DNA of 64,000 nucleotides from a virus. Within the stretch, counting starts at the first letter, position 1. Every line of letters starts with the position of its first letter. The stretch is taken from positions 2,543-66,542 of IMG/VR virus record IMGVR_UViG_3300036799_000108; one strand, 5' to 3'. Shown in pieces: positions 53,612-61,836 of this stretch. Under the pieces are notes generated by a model that was given only the letters and a program-made list of their open reading frames with translations, made no database searches and was not told where the DNA came from. The translations under genes and the position numbers were made by a program.

Positions 53612-53838
53612 CAGGCGATGGGTTGAAAGAAGCGGACCGTAGGCAGGCCAATCAGCAACGCTATGACCATGTAGAGCGCGATCAAGGCCACCACGAGGAG
53701 GTAGAGCCGCTGCACGCTCCACTCGATTGGCCATTGGAACCAGTTGGCGACCATGACGATGATCGCGCCGATCAGCACCAGCACCGCTACCACGATGGCG
53801 ATGTTGATGATGCCGAGCAACAGACCGACGAGCGTCAT
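53611..53838 (-). CDS. Two-TM membrane protein
   Basis: Two hydrophobic stretches; GGGAGG RBS. Confidence 0.8.
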   Translation of the reverse strand: MTLVGLLLGIINIAIVVAVLVLIGAIIVMVANWFQWPIEWSVQRLYLLVVALIALYMVIALLIGLPTVRFFQPIA

Positions 53839-53857
53839 GATTAGCCTCCCACGATCG

Positions 53858-54277
53858 TCATCGCACCACGACCCGGCCACCGAGGAAGGTGTTCACCCAG
53901 GTTCCGGTGGTGACGAGCTTCAGCCGAAGCCGGTTACCGAGAATGCCGCCCAGGACGGTGTCGTCGGACAAAGCCGCATCGGTCGCGTCGAACGTTGTCG
54001 AAGTCATATCAGCGGCGATGTTGAAGACGCGCCGCTCGCTGCCGCTGAACAGGCAACAGGCGAGATCGATCGGCGTGTTGCCGTCGTCGAGAGACGTCTG
54101 GAGGAAGGCGCGAACATCAGCCTCGCCACCTGTCCCGGCGCGGAAGTCCACCATGACCGATGCCGAACTCATGCCGTCGAGGTCCGTCAGCCAGTCGCCC
54201 ACATACGTGCCGGCGTTGGTGATGGTGAAGTCGGTGCCGCCGATCAGCAGGAAGTAGGAGCCTGGACTGTCCATCAC
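53858..54277 (-). CDS. Hypothetical beta-rich virion protein
   Basis: ATGA-coupled to the adaptor gene; QTSLDDG..DLA. Confidence 0.7.
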   Translation of the reverse strand: MMDSPGSYFLLIGGTDFTITNAGTYVGDWLTDLDGMSSASVMVDFRAGTGGEADVRAFLQTSLDDGNTPIDLACCLFSGSERRVFNIAADMTSTTFDATDAALSDDTVLGGILGNRLRLKLVTTGTWVNTFLGGRVVVR

Positions 54278-54951
54278 ATCCTCATATCGATATGCTTTTC
54301 CAACAGTCCGACCGCCTCGGGCGGCAGCGCCGACTGATCGGGGCCCGCCCAGTAGCTCTCTTCCTGCACACCGGGGACGTTGATCGACCGCAGATACGGA
54401 TCGCGGCCATGGCTGAAGTAGCGCACCCTGATTGCCGTCATTGCGGCCTGCTGCACGTCGGGCGGCACGTCAGCGAGGCTGTAGCCAGCCACGTAGGTGA
54501 CTGCGACCGTGTTCGCACAATGGGTCCAAGGCATGATCGTCGCGCCGTCCCACTGGTAGAGCAGCCCTTTGTCCTTATCGACGAAGTAACCCGCGGGATC
54601 GAGCAGATCTGCCCCCGACCACACGGACGTAATGGACGAGACCGGGTAGCGTGCCAGCACAAGCGGTTTCGGCTTGCCATCATGACGATGGGAATGCTGC
54701 CAGCCCCAACCCCAACCCCAACCGTAGCCGTAGCCGCCGAAGTAGGACGAGTAGAAGGTCTCGATGACCGTTTCCTCGCGCCAGACACGGCGCGTATGGG
54801 TGGCGATGATCGAGGAGGCTGAAGTAATATAGCGCTTCAGGCGCGTATCCTGGCCGCGCGCGGCGCCCAACTCATCACGCACATCGGCCAGCGTCACCAG
54901 ATCCTGGTTCGGCGCCGGCGTCACGACCTCGAGGAGACGAACGTCCTCCAT
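54274..54951 (-). CDS. Head-tail adaptor (gp6 / phiE125 gp8-like) with aromatic Gly-rich insertion
   Basis: LVTLADVRDEL, YVAGY..VPPDVQQA; insertion YFGGYGYGWGWGWGW. Confidence 0.85.
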   Translation of the reverse strand: MEDVRLLEVVTPAPNQDLVTLADVRDELGAARGQDTRLKRYITSASSIIATHTRRVWREETVIETFYSSYFGGYGYGWGWGWGWQHSHRHDGKPKPLVLARYPVSSITSVWSGADLLDPAGYFVDKDKGLLYQWDGATIMPWTHCANTVAVTYVAGYSLADVPPDVQQAAMTAIRVRYFSHGRDPYLRSINVPGVQEESYWAGPDQSALPPEAVGLLEKHIDMRM

Positions 54952-55638
54952 TCATGACCCTTCGCGATGGAAGGCGAAGCTGGCGATGCTCTCGCGGCCG
55001 AGCACGCTCTCGGTCCAGTTTTCTTCGACGCAGTCCCAGCCGAGATCGCGCATCACCTTGATGAACCCATCGGCCGTGAAGTACCAGTAGTGCTCATCCG
55101 TGCGGAAATGCCGCGAGGCGAGGACATCAGCCTCGCAGGCAAAGACCGGCAGCGAGACGAACGCCCATTCCAGCACATTGGCCAACAGCTCTTGGAAATA
55201 CGAGATGTGTTCGAGCGAGTCCCACATCGTGACGGCTCGGCAGGGGTCGATGTAAGGGTTCCAGTAGCGCTCGACGGCGTGCAGCCAGCACACGGCCGAG
55301 GGATTGATGTCGTAGCCCCAGGTCAGCGGGCGTCCCTTGATGAACGACCCAGAGCCTATGCCGATGTCCACGACAGAACCGTCGGTATGCCGCGACACCA
55401 GACCGTAGCGAGCGGCTTCAAGCGCGGCTCCCATCGGCGTCTGGGCGTAGCCGACATACTTGGCGAAATACGCGGCGTCGTATGGCGCATGCACCGGATC
55501 AACCGGGTAGTAGCCGAAGCCGGGATCCTCGAACCAGATCAGTCTGCGGCGGATTGGTGGCGGCTCGTTCTCAAAGTGGGCAAGCGCCGCCTCCAGCGCT
55601 GCCACTGCGCGTCCAGGTTCGGAATCTCCTTTCTGCAT
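54952..55638 (-). CDS. Class I SAM-dependent methyltransferase
   Basis: VVDIGIGSG, GYDINP, WDSLEH, HYWYFT; start uncertain. Confidence 0.85.
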   Translation of the reverse strand: MQKGDSEPGRAVAALEAALAHFENEPPPIRRRLIWFEDPGFGYYPVDPVHAPYDAAYFAKYVGYAQTPMGAALEAARYGLVSRHTDGSVVDIGIGSGSFIKGRPLTWGYDINPSAVCWLHAVERYWNPYIDPCRAVTMWDSLEHISYFQELLANVLEWAFVSLPVFACEADVLASRHFRTDEHYWYFTADGFIKVMRDLGWDCVEENWTESVLGRESIASFAFHREGS

Positions 55639-56471
55639 TGGTGCCTCATGTCCATGCATTGGCAAAACTCCTTGGGCACCGCGAAGCCGATATGCGCCGC
55701 GTCCATCGCCGGATGCAGCAGACGCTGCGGGGCATTCATGCCGCCGTTGCCACCCAGCACCACGAAGGTCGGCGTGCCGAGTGCCGCGGCCGCGGGAACG
55801 ATCCAACCCACCGGACCGACCACCACGGCTGCATCGCGCACCACAGCGAGTAGTTGGCGAGGGCCCAGTTCGCCCTTGGTCAGTGCAAGGTTGCACGGTG
55901 GCATCACACCGCCGGCCAGCACCTCGCGATCCACCTGGATGTCGCAGATCACGATGGTCGCAAAGCCACGCGATTTCAGATCGGCAGCGACATGCGAGAC
56001 ATACTCGGGCAGCGGATTGCGTGCCTCGTTGTCCCACTCGGTTCGCCGCAGCACCGGGCGGATCAGCGCCAATGGTGCGCTACCAGAGTCCACGGGACAT
56101 TCACCGAGGTCTGGCAAATCCCACACCGGCTTCGTCACCATCGCCATCGGCATCTTGCACGCCATCGCGGTGAAGACGTCGCCGGTTGCCAGTTCGATCG
56201 GGCCGTAACCGAGTGCCACTCTGGGAATGCCAGGAGGCGGCTTGACCCAGAGTGCGTCCGACTGGCTCAGCACATTCCGCATCTGCAGCCGCAGGCCCTT
56301 TTCGCCGCGGACGAAGTGCACCGGAAGATCGGCGTAGAGTTCCGGCCAGGGCGTCTCGAGGAAGACCTCGCGCTGCAGGGCAGCGTCGCGAATCAAAGGA
56401 CGCGAGTACAGGCTATCTCCTAATCCCCACGGACCATGAATCAAGAGAGGTTGGGCGCGGACCCCTATCAC
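55539..56471 (-). CDS. GT-B glycosyltransferase (GT9-like)
   Basis: GLGDSL.SRP; DAAVVVG.VGW..AAAALGTPT. Confidence 0.75.
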   Translation of the reverse strand: MIGVRAQPLLIHGPWGLGDSLYSRPLIRDAALQREVFLETPWPELYADLPVHFVRGEKGLRLQMRNVLSQSDALWVKPPPGIPRVALGYGPIELATGDVFTAMACKMPMAMVTKPVWDLPDLGECPVDSGSAPLALIRPVLRRTEWDNEARNPLPEYVSHVAADLKSRGFATIVICDIQVDREVLAGGVMPPCNLALTKGELGPRQLLAVVRDAAVVVGPVGWIVPAAAALGTPTFVVLGGNGGMNAPQRLLHPAMDAAHIGFAVPKEFCQCMDMRHQCRKEIPNLDAQWQRWRRRLPTLRTSRHQSAAD

Positions 56472-56653
56472 GAGGGGCGCTTCGCTCGCTTGCCCCTGGC
56501 CTCGTCCAGCACCTGCTCCTGCTCGCGCAGCACATCAGCTTCCAGTTCAGCACGTGCCTGACGCCAATATTCATCCGCTTGCCCATCTGGGCGCCCGGCC
56601 TGCTCCCACAGCTCGTAAGCGCGCTCGCGCACGCGCTCCTCGGCATCGCTCAT
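56468..56653 (-). CDS. DUF2934 domain protein
   Basis: EERVRERAYELWEQAGRPDGQADEYWRQA. Confidence 0.9.
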   Translation of the reverse strand: MSDAEERVRERAYELWEQAGRPDGQADEYWRQARAELEADVLREQEQVLDEARGKRAKRPS

Positions 56654-56666
56654 CGGGCGTTCTCCT

Positions 56667-56933
56667 TCATGTGTCAGCGTCCGGTGGCGGTGGCGGCCCG
56701 TTGCCGTTCCGGGCGGCCAGCAGCAGCGCAAGAACGGCTGCCAGTGCCTCCGCCCACACTTCGCGCACTTGTGTGGAGACGTTTTCGCACGCGCCGATCC
56801 GGTATTCGCCGCGCATTATCATCATAAAACAGCCAACGCCCGCAAAGATCGTTACGCCAACTTCGGCGAGCACGATGATCGTGAGCAACCAAAATGCAGC
56901 CCGCAACATGGAGAAGGGAGGACGCGCCATCAC
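56667..56933 (-). CDS. Putative holin (two TM segments)
   Basis: Hydrophobic; directly downstream of the amidase. Confidence 0.55.
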   Translation of the reverse strand: MMARPPFSMLRAAFWLLTIIVLAEVGVTIFAGVGCFMMIMRGEYRIGACENVSTQVREVWAEALAAVLALLLAARNGNGPPPPPDADT

Positions 56934-56953
56934 GCCTCTCCCCCGATAAAGGC

Positions 56954-57343
56954 TCAGGCTTCAGGCGACGCGGTCTCTATGACGGCGAAGGCGTCCGCAT
57001 CGTCACACGGCGGTCCCTTGCCACCCTTGGCTCGGATCACGCGCCGCGCGACCGGATGGTTGATCCACTGGTCCAGCACAGTGATGCCGCCTTTCTCGTC
57101 CGCATCGAGGAAGATCGCGGCATGGGAACTACCATCGGTCTGGTTTTTGTAACGACCATCAGGCCCGAACGTAGCAATGGCGGTGCCGGATGCGAGCCAG
57201 CCCGCCTGCCACACCCTGCGCCCCTCGAACCACTCATTGGTGGGCGGCAGTCCGTTCATCGCTGTGCGCACGAAATCAACGCACTGACCTGACCCTACGA
57301 TCTGGCCAAAGTATTGCTCCGGGCACACAGCGACGAACGGCAT
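56954..57343 (-). CDS. BPSL0067 / Tae-like Cys-His peptidoglycan amidase, probable endolysin
   Basis: GQCVDFVR...GTAIATF..GRY...SHAAIF...VLDQW. Confidence 0.8.
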   Translation of the reverse strand: MPFVAVCPEQYFGQIVGSGQCVDFVRTAMNGLPPTNEWFEGRRVWQAGWLASGTAIATFGPDGRYKNQTDGSSHAAIFLDADEKGGITVLDQWINHPVARRVIRAKGGKGPPCDDADAFAVIETASPEA

Positions 57344-57355
57344 TGTGGTTAAACC

Positions 57356-58051
57356 TTAGCCGTGCGGCGTCGGCTTCAGCGTCGGATCGATACTGACATA
57401 CCGCCAGCCAACGCCGGGAATGCCGCATACCACCCAGTATGTCTGCGGCTTTGGCAGGCCCTGGTCAGGTCCAGGCTGCGATCCAGGTAGCCCCTGGTCA
57501 GGATGCGGCTGGCCACCTGGAAGACCCTGATCCGGTCCCGGCGGCAGGCCCTGGTCTGGCGCTCCAGGCTGCCCCGGTAAGCTTTGATCAGGCGCACCCG
57601 GCTGCCCAGGAAGGCCCTGGTCAGGACGACCGGGCGATCCACCCGGCAGCCCCTGGTCGGGACGTCCCGGCCCACTAACCGGCGGCCAGATTACGCCCGG
57701 TGGCGTGTTCGGCGGTGCCGGCTGAATTGGATGCGATGGCGTGAGCGGCGGCCATACGCCGGGCGGGCTTGGCGGCAAACCCTGATCCGGATGGTTGCCA
57801 CCGAGCGGTGGTAGACCGGGCAACCCCTGATCCGGACGCTCGATGCCAATGCCCCAGCCTGGATCGACCGGACGACCACCAGGCGCAATGGGATGCCCAG
57901 GGCGCGGCGGGCGTCCTGGTAGCCCCTGATCCGGATAGCCGCCGCCACCGGGCAGTCCTTGATCGGGGAATGGCGGCAGACCTTGGTCAGGATACCCGCC
58001 GCCAGCCGCCTCGACCTGAAGGTAACCTCCAGTCACTCTCACTGTCGTCAT
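57356..58051 (-). CDS. Pro/Gly-rich protein with 12 PDQ(G/S)LP repeats
   Basis: Counted 11 PDQGLP + 1 PDQSLP; CAGGAG RBS; C-terminal YWVVCGIPGVGWRYV. Confidence 0.85.
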   Translation of the reverse strand: MTTVRVTGGYLQVEAAGGGYPDQGLPPFPDQGLPGGGGYPDQGLPGRPPRPGHPIAPGGRPVDPGWGIGIERPDQGLPGLPPLGGNHPDQGLPPSPPGVWPPLTPSHPIQPAPPNTPPGVIWPPVSGPGRPDQGLPGGSPGRPDQGLPGQPGAPDQSLPGQPGAPDQGLPPGPDQGLPGGQPHPDQGLPGSQPGPDQGLPKPQTYWVVCGIPGVGWRYVSIDPTLKPTPHG

Positions 58052-58134
58052 TGTGTATATACTCCTGTGGTTATAGTGACGCGCGTATCCATACGCTCAC
58101 CCGATCATGCGCCGTGTGACAGTATGGGATCGTT

Positions 58135-58326
58135 TCAGCCACGCTTGCGTCGCGCTGGCGGATCGGCGGGAACCTTGATCTTCTTCTTCTCGTTGATCGC
58201 CACCATGGCCAAGCCGAGGCGGATCAGTTCCCGAGAGCGATACTCACTCGCCTCGAAAACATGACCCGGCTCGACCTGGCCTTCATGGTCTGGGTTGTAC
58301 CAGGGCCTGAGAGCCCGCAGCAGCAT
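58135..58326 (-). CDS. Small capsid-adjacent protein
   Basis: TAATG overlap with MCP; G..FE..A..LI..GLA pattern. Confidence 0.7.
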   Translation of the reverse strand: MLLRALRPWYNPDHEGQVEPGHVFEASEYRSRELIRLGLAMVAINEKKKIKVPADPPARRKRG

Positions 58327-59537
58327 TAGGCAAGGGCGCCATAGATAAATGCCGCCGGGCGGTACACCGCGAGTGCGAGACGCTCTTCCGCCCGGATCGT
58401 GATCATGTTCCGAACGAAATTGTCCTGGTCCTCCGTGCTGATCAGGACTTCCATCGTCAGCCGGTCGAAGATCTGCGCACCAAGGCGGAAGGCGCCCGTC
58501 AAGAAGTGGGACACCGTCATTGCTGGCGTCTGCACCACCGGCAACGTCCAGAGCCGCGCAGCAATCTGATTCTGCGGGTCGCCGACGATGTATCTCGCCT
58601 GGGTGTCTTTGGTCAGTTCGATCTTCGCCCAGTCGGTCGGATGCAGCACGAAGCCGGTCGCCGGATACAGCGCCAAGGTCGCCTGCAGAGCCGCAAGCCG
58701 CAGCGTGTCGATGTTCTGCGCATTGGCCGGCGTGAAAGCGGCTGAGTAGGCGGTGGCCTGGGGCACGATTCCTAGCAGATGTTGGCCGGTCCCGTCGCCG
58801 TACAGCAGCTCGGTCTCCTCCACATACCCGAGGCCGAACCGCAGCCGTCCGTCGATGTAGCTTTGCAACTGAGGCACGTCGTCCATTATCTGACGCGAGG
58901 CTTTCATGAAGTGCGCGATGGTGCGAACCGGCGTGGACTTCAGATCGAACGTGATGTTTGACTGCGGTTTGCGCGCGCCTTCCGACACCACAGCCGCCCC
59001 GGTCACCAGCGGATCATCGGTCTCCACCGGATACTCTATGGCATTCGAGGTCGTGGATCCCGGCGTGATCAGATCACGCACGACTAAAGCGCGGAGCGGC
59101 ATCGGCACGATCGGCTGCCGATCGGCCACCACCAGCGAGGTGCTTGGCGAGACCCCAGCACCCAACGTGGGCGGCCCTGTCATGATGTCCTTGAGTTCGA
59201 TGGTGAGCCGCGCTTGGCCGTTCTTCTGCTCCAGCAACGCCTTCACAGCTTCGGACTCAACGACGTGCTGACCGAGGGACTTCCACTGCGGCTGTCCGTC
59301 ACCTGGGCTACGCCGCGCAACCTTCTGCTCGATCTCTGTCAGGCGCGCCGAGATGGTGTTCATCTCGGTCAGCGCCTTGTCGGCATTGGCCTTCGTCTCG
59401 GTCGTCGCAATACCGAGGTTCTTCATCTCGGTCTGGACCTTCTCGGCGAAGGTCTTCACCTCGTCGGTCGCTTTCTTCAGGTCGATCGTGAGGTTTTTCA
59501 GCTCCAGTTCCGTTGGAACGTCGCCACCATCTGGCAT
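58326..59537 (-). CDS. HK97-family major capsid protein
   Basis: EGARKPQS, TIAHFMKASRQIMDD, F.RNMITIRAEERLAL..RPAAF. Confidence 0.97.
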   Translation of the reverse strand: MPDGGDVPTELELKNLTIDLKKATDEVKTFAEKVQTEMKNLGIATTETKANADKALTEMNTISARLTEIEQKVARRSPGDGQPQWKSLGQHVVESEAVKALLEQKNGQARLTIELKDIMTGPPTLGAGVSPSTSLVVADRQPIVPMPLRALVVRDLITPGSTTSNAIEYPVETDDPLVTGAAVVSEGARKPQSNITFDLKSTPVRTIAHFMKASRQIMDDVPQLQSYIDGRLRFGLGYVEETELLYGDGTGQHLLGIVPQATAYSAAFTPANAQNIDTLRLAALQATLALYPATGFVLHPTDWAKIELTKDTQARYIVGDPQNQIAARLWTLPVVQTPAMTVSHFLTGAFRLGAQIFDRLTMEVLISTEDQDNFVRNMITIRAEERLALAVYRPAAFIYGALA

Positions 59538-59538
59538 G

Positions 59539-60456
59539 TCACTCTCCAAATTTGAGGGAAAAGCCGGAAAGGACGCGCCGGATCTCGCCGACCGCTTCCT
59601 TCCTGGCCGCGCTTGCTGCCGCGCTGTCTCCGCTCTCATCCCGAGGCAGTGACTTGAAGACGAGTTCGGCTACCTCGTCAGCCTGCTTGCTGCTGAAGCC
59701 CCGACCGCCCTGTTCCACAGGGAGGTGCAGCCACTTCTTCAGTTCACGCAGTTGTTCGAAGTGCGCCTTCATCACTACCGGCATCTCTGCGCCGGTCAGG
59801 TGACGATAGGCGTCCTTCAGATGTCCTGTGATCTGGTTGCGCTCGCCGGCTGTCGGCGCGTCGCCGCCGCCCATACAGTCGACGCACATCTGATGCGCCT
59901 GCTGGATCGCATCCGTCGCGGCCTGGTGGTTCGGCATAGTCATCATGGCCTTGACGCTGTCGACGCGGGCGTGAGGATTAGAGGGATCGGCCACGAGGTC
60001 TATGGAATGGAGATACTTGATCTCGTTGATCGTCCGTAAGGGATCGCCGGGGGTTTTGCCCTTGACGAAGCCATCCGGTTTCAGGTTGTAGGCTATCGAG
60101 ATGCCTCCAGTTAGGCCCTCTTTCGTCAGCCTATGAACCCTTGCGACATCAGGGTGATCCAGGGCGACGAAGCGACCTTTTACCCTCAATCCCCGCTCAT
60201 CAGGTTCAACCTCGTCCCAAACACCGATCGGATACGGGTCGCCTCCGATGAAGGCAAAACTGTGCTCACCAAACATCGGCATCTTACGGCCGGCGGCTTT
60301 CTGCTCGGCGAGCGTCTTATCGAATGCACCACGCATGATGACATCGCGATGCGAGTCGAGAATGCCATAAACCGTGGCATATCCGCTGACTTCGCCGGCA
60401 CCAGGATCGCCCACGAACTTCACTTCGGCAGCGGTCGAAAAATATTCTCGCAGCAT
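59539..60456 (-). CDS. HK97-family prohead protease (S78)
   Basis: SGYATVYG..D..RDVI..GAF, EH, GISIAY, SIDLV..P.N..A. Confidence 0.92.
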   Translation of the reverse strand: MLREYFSTAAEVKFVGDPGAGEVSGYATVYGILDSHRDVIMRGAFDKTLAEQKAAGRKMPMFGEHSFAFIGGDPYPIGVWDEVEPDERGLRVKGRFVALDHPDVARVHRLTKEGLTGGISIAYNLKPDGFVKGKTPGDPLRTINEIKYLHSIDLVADPSNPHARVDSVKAMMTMPNHQAATDAIQQAHQMCVDCMGGGDAPTAGERNQITGHLKDAYRHLTGAEMPVVMKAHFEQLRELKKWLHLPVEQGGRGFSSKQADEVAELVFKSLPRDESGDSAAASAARKEAVGEIRRVLSGFSLKFGE

Positions 60457-60467
60457 CGCAAGTTCCC

Positions 60468-61748
60468 CTATGTCGCCGCGGGCGGCGTGACCTGACCCTG
60501 CTGCCGGGCGGGATCATTCGGTTGCGGTGTTGGTGGTTGCTGCCCGAGCATTTCGAGCGGCATGCGGCCCGCCGCCATGGTGAGCTGATCGCCGCCATCG
60601 AGCGGTCCATCGTTGTTCTTGGCGCGCATTTCGTTCGGGGTGTTGATCCCGGCGTCCACCAGCGTCTTCATCATGATGGCGCGCTTCTCGCTGTCGGTGC
60701 GCAGCAGACCGTCCACGTTGAATTCGGCGTAGTAGAGGATGCGTTGGGCCGGCGTGAGAATGGATCGCGTGATTTCCTGCTCGATCGCCCGCAGCCACGG
60801 CCGCAGCCCATAGGTCAGGAACCACAGGTTCATCTGTTCCAACCCGGTGCCCCAGGCCGTCGACTTGTCCATGTGCCCGACCATCACCGGGCTCACGCCG
60901 TACCAGCGGCAAATCTGCTCCACCGAGTAAGCCCGCGTCGCCAGCAGCTCCGCATCTTCGGGCTTCATCGTTATCTGATCGAGCGACCATCCGCCCTCGA
61001 CCAGCGGCACGCGACCGGCGTTGATCGAGCCGGTGAACTTCTCCATCCACGAGTCGTTGTAGCGTTCTCTTTGGACGTCGGTGAGGAAGTTCGGCGCCTT
61101 CATCACCAAGCTCGGCCGCATGGCGTTGCGGAAGAAGCTCGCCGCGGACTTCTCGGCCGCCATCGCGATGCCGAGCGTTTCCCTGGCCTGCGAGATCGGC
61201 GATAGGCCGACGATGCCGTCCAGCGAGAACCCCTTGATGTGCAGGATCTGGTCTTCGGTATAGTCCTGCCGGACGTTCATGTAGGCGTAGTGGTAGAGTA
61301 GCGAGCCGTCAGTCTGCCGCGTAATGGTTAGCCGGTTCGGCATCAGCGGCGTCAACGCGATCACCGTGCCATCGCCGCGCCGCTCGATCGCCGCGTAGGC
61401 ATTCCCCCAGAGCAGCAGGCACGCCACCATGGCGGTCCAGAACGTGGTGGCCGTCATGTCGGCGTTGGGCTGGTCGTGCAGCAGCGAGTAGAGCGGGATG
61501 TCGCGGACAGGCACGCCACGACCGTCTGGCAGCTTCTGGAAGACTTGCAGCGCCATGGTCGAGATCGTCGTCGAGATCAGCCGCACGCAGGCCCACACGG
61601 TCTCCACGCGCAGCGCACTCTCCACACTGACTATCTCGCCGGCATAGGTCTCGCCGCCGCCGAAATACTGGTAGAGCCGAGGGTCGGTCAGCCCGATGCC
61701 ACGGGCGATGGTCGAGACGGCTTTCAGGTAGAGCCACCATCTCCGCAT
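60468..61748 (-). CDS. HK97-family portal protein
   Basis: TVWACVRLIS, LLWGNAYA, GLSPI, ICRWYGVSP, TPNEMR. Confidence 0.96.
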   Translation of the reverse strand: MRRWWLYLKAVSTIARGIGLTDPRLYQYFGGGETYAGEIVSVESALRVETVWACVRLISTTISTMALQVFQKLPDGRGVPVRDIPLYSLLHDQPNADMTATTFWTAMVACLLLWGNAYAAIERRGDGTVIALTPLMPNRLTITRQTDGSLLYHYAYMNVRQDYTEDQILHIKGFSLDGIVGLSPISQARETLGIAMAAEKSAASFFRNAMRPSLVMKAPNFLTDVQRERYNDSWMEKFTGSINAGRVPLVEGGWSLDQITMKPEDAELLATRAYSVEQICRWYGVSPVMVGHMDKSTAWGTGLEQMNLWFLTYGLRPWLRAIEQEITRSILTPAQRILYYAEFNVDGLLRTDSEKRAIMMKTLVDAGINTPNEMRAKNNDGPLDGGDQLTMAAGRMPLEMLGQQPPTPQPNDPARQQGQVTPPAAT

Positions 61749-61767
61749 GGACGCCCTCGCAGTTCAG

Positions 61768-61836
61768 TCAGTTGTGGAGATGATGGCGAGCGAGAAACCA
61801 GATGGCCGCGAACATCAGAACCAGCAGCAGGTTCAC
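61768..61836 (-). CDS. 22-aa hydrophobic peptide MNLLLVLMFAAIWFLARHHLHN
   Basis: GTG start overlaps the terL stop (ATGTGA). Confidence 0.35.
   Translation of the reverse strand: MNLLLVLMFAAIWFLARHHLHN

Noticed and set aside
54690-54770. GW repeats as an Argonaute-binding hook
   Set aside because: No Argonaute context; the protein is a virion adaptor, so the resemblance is probably coincidental
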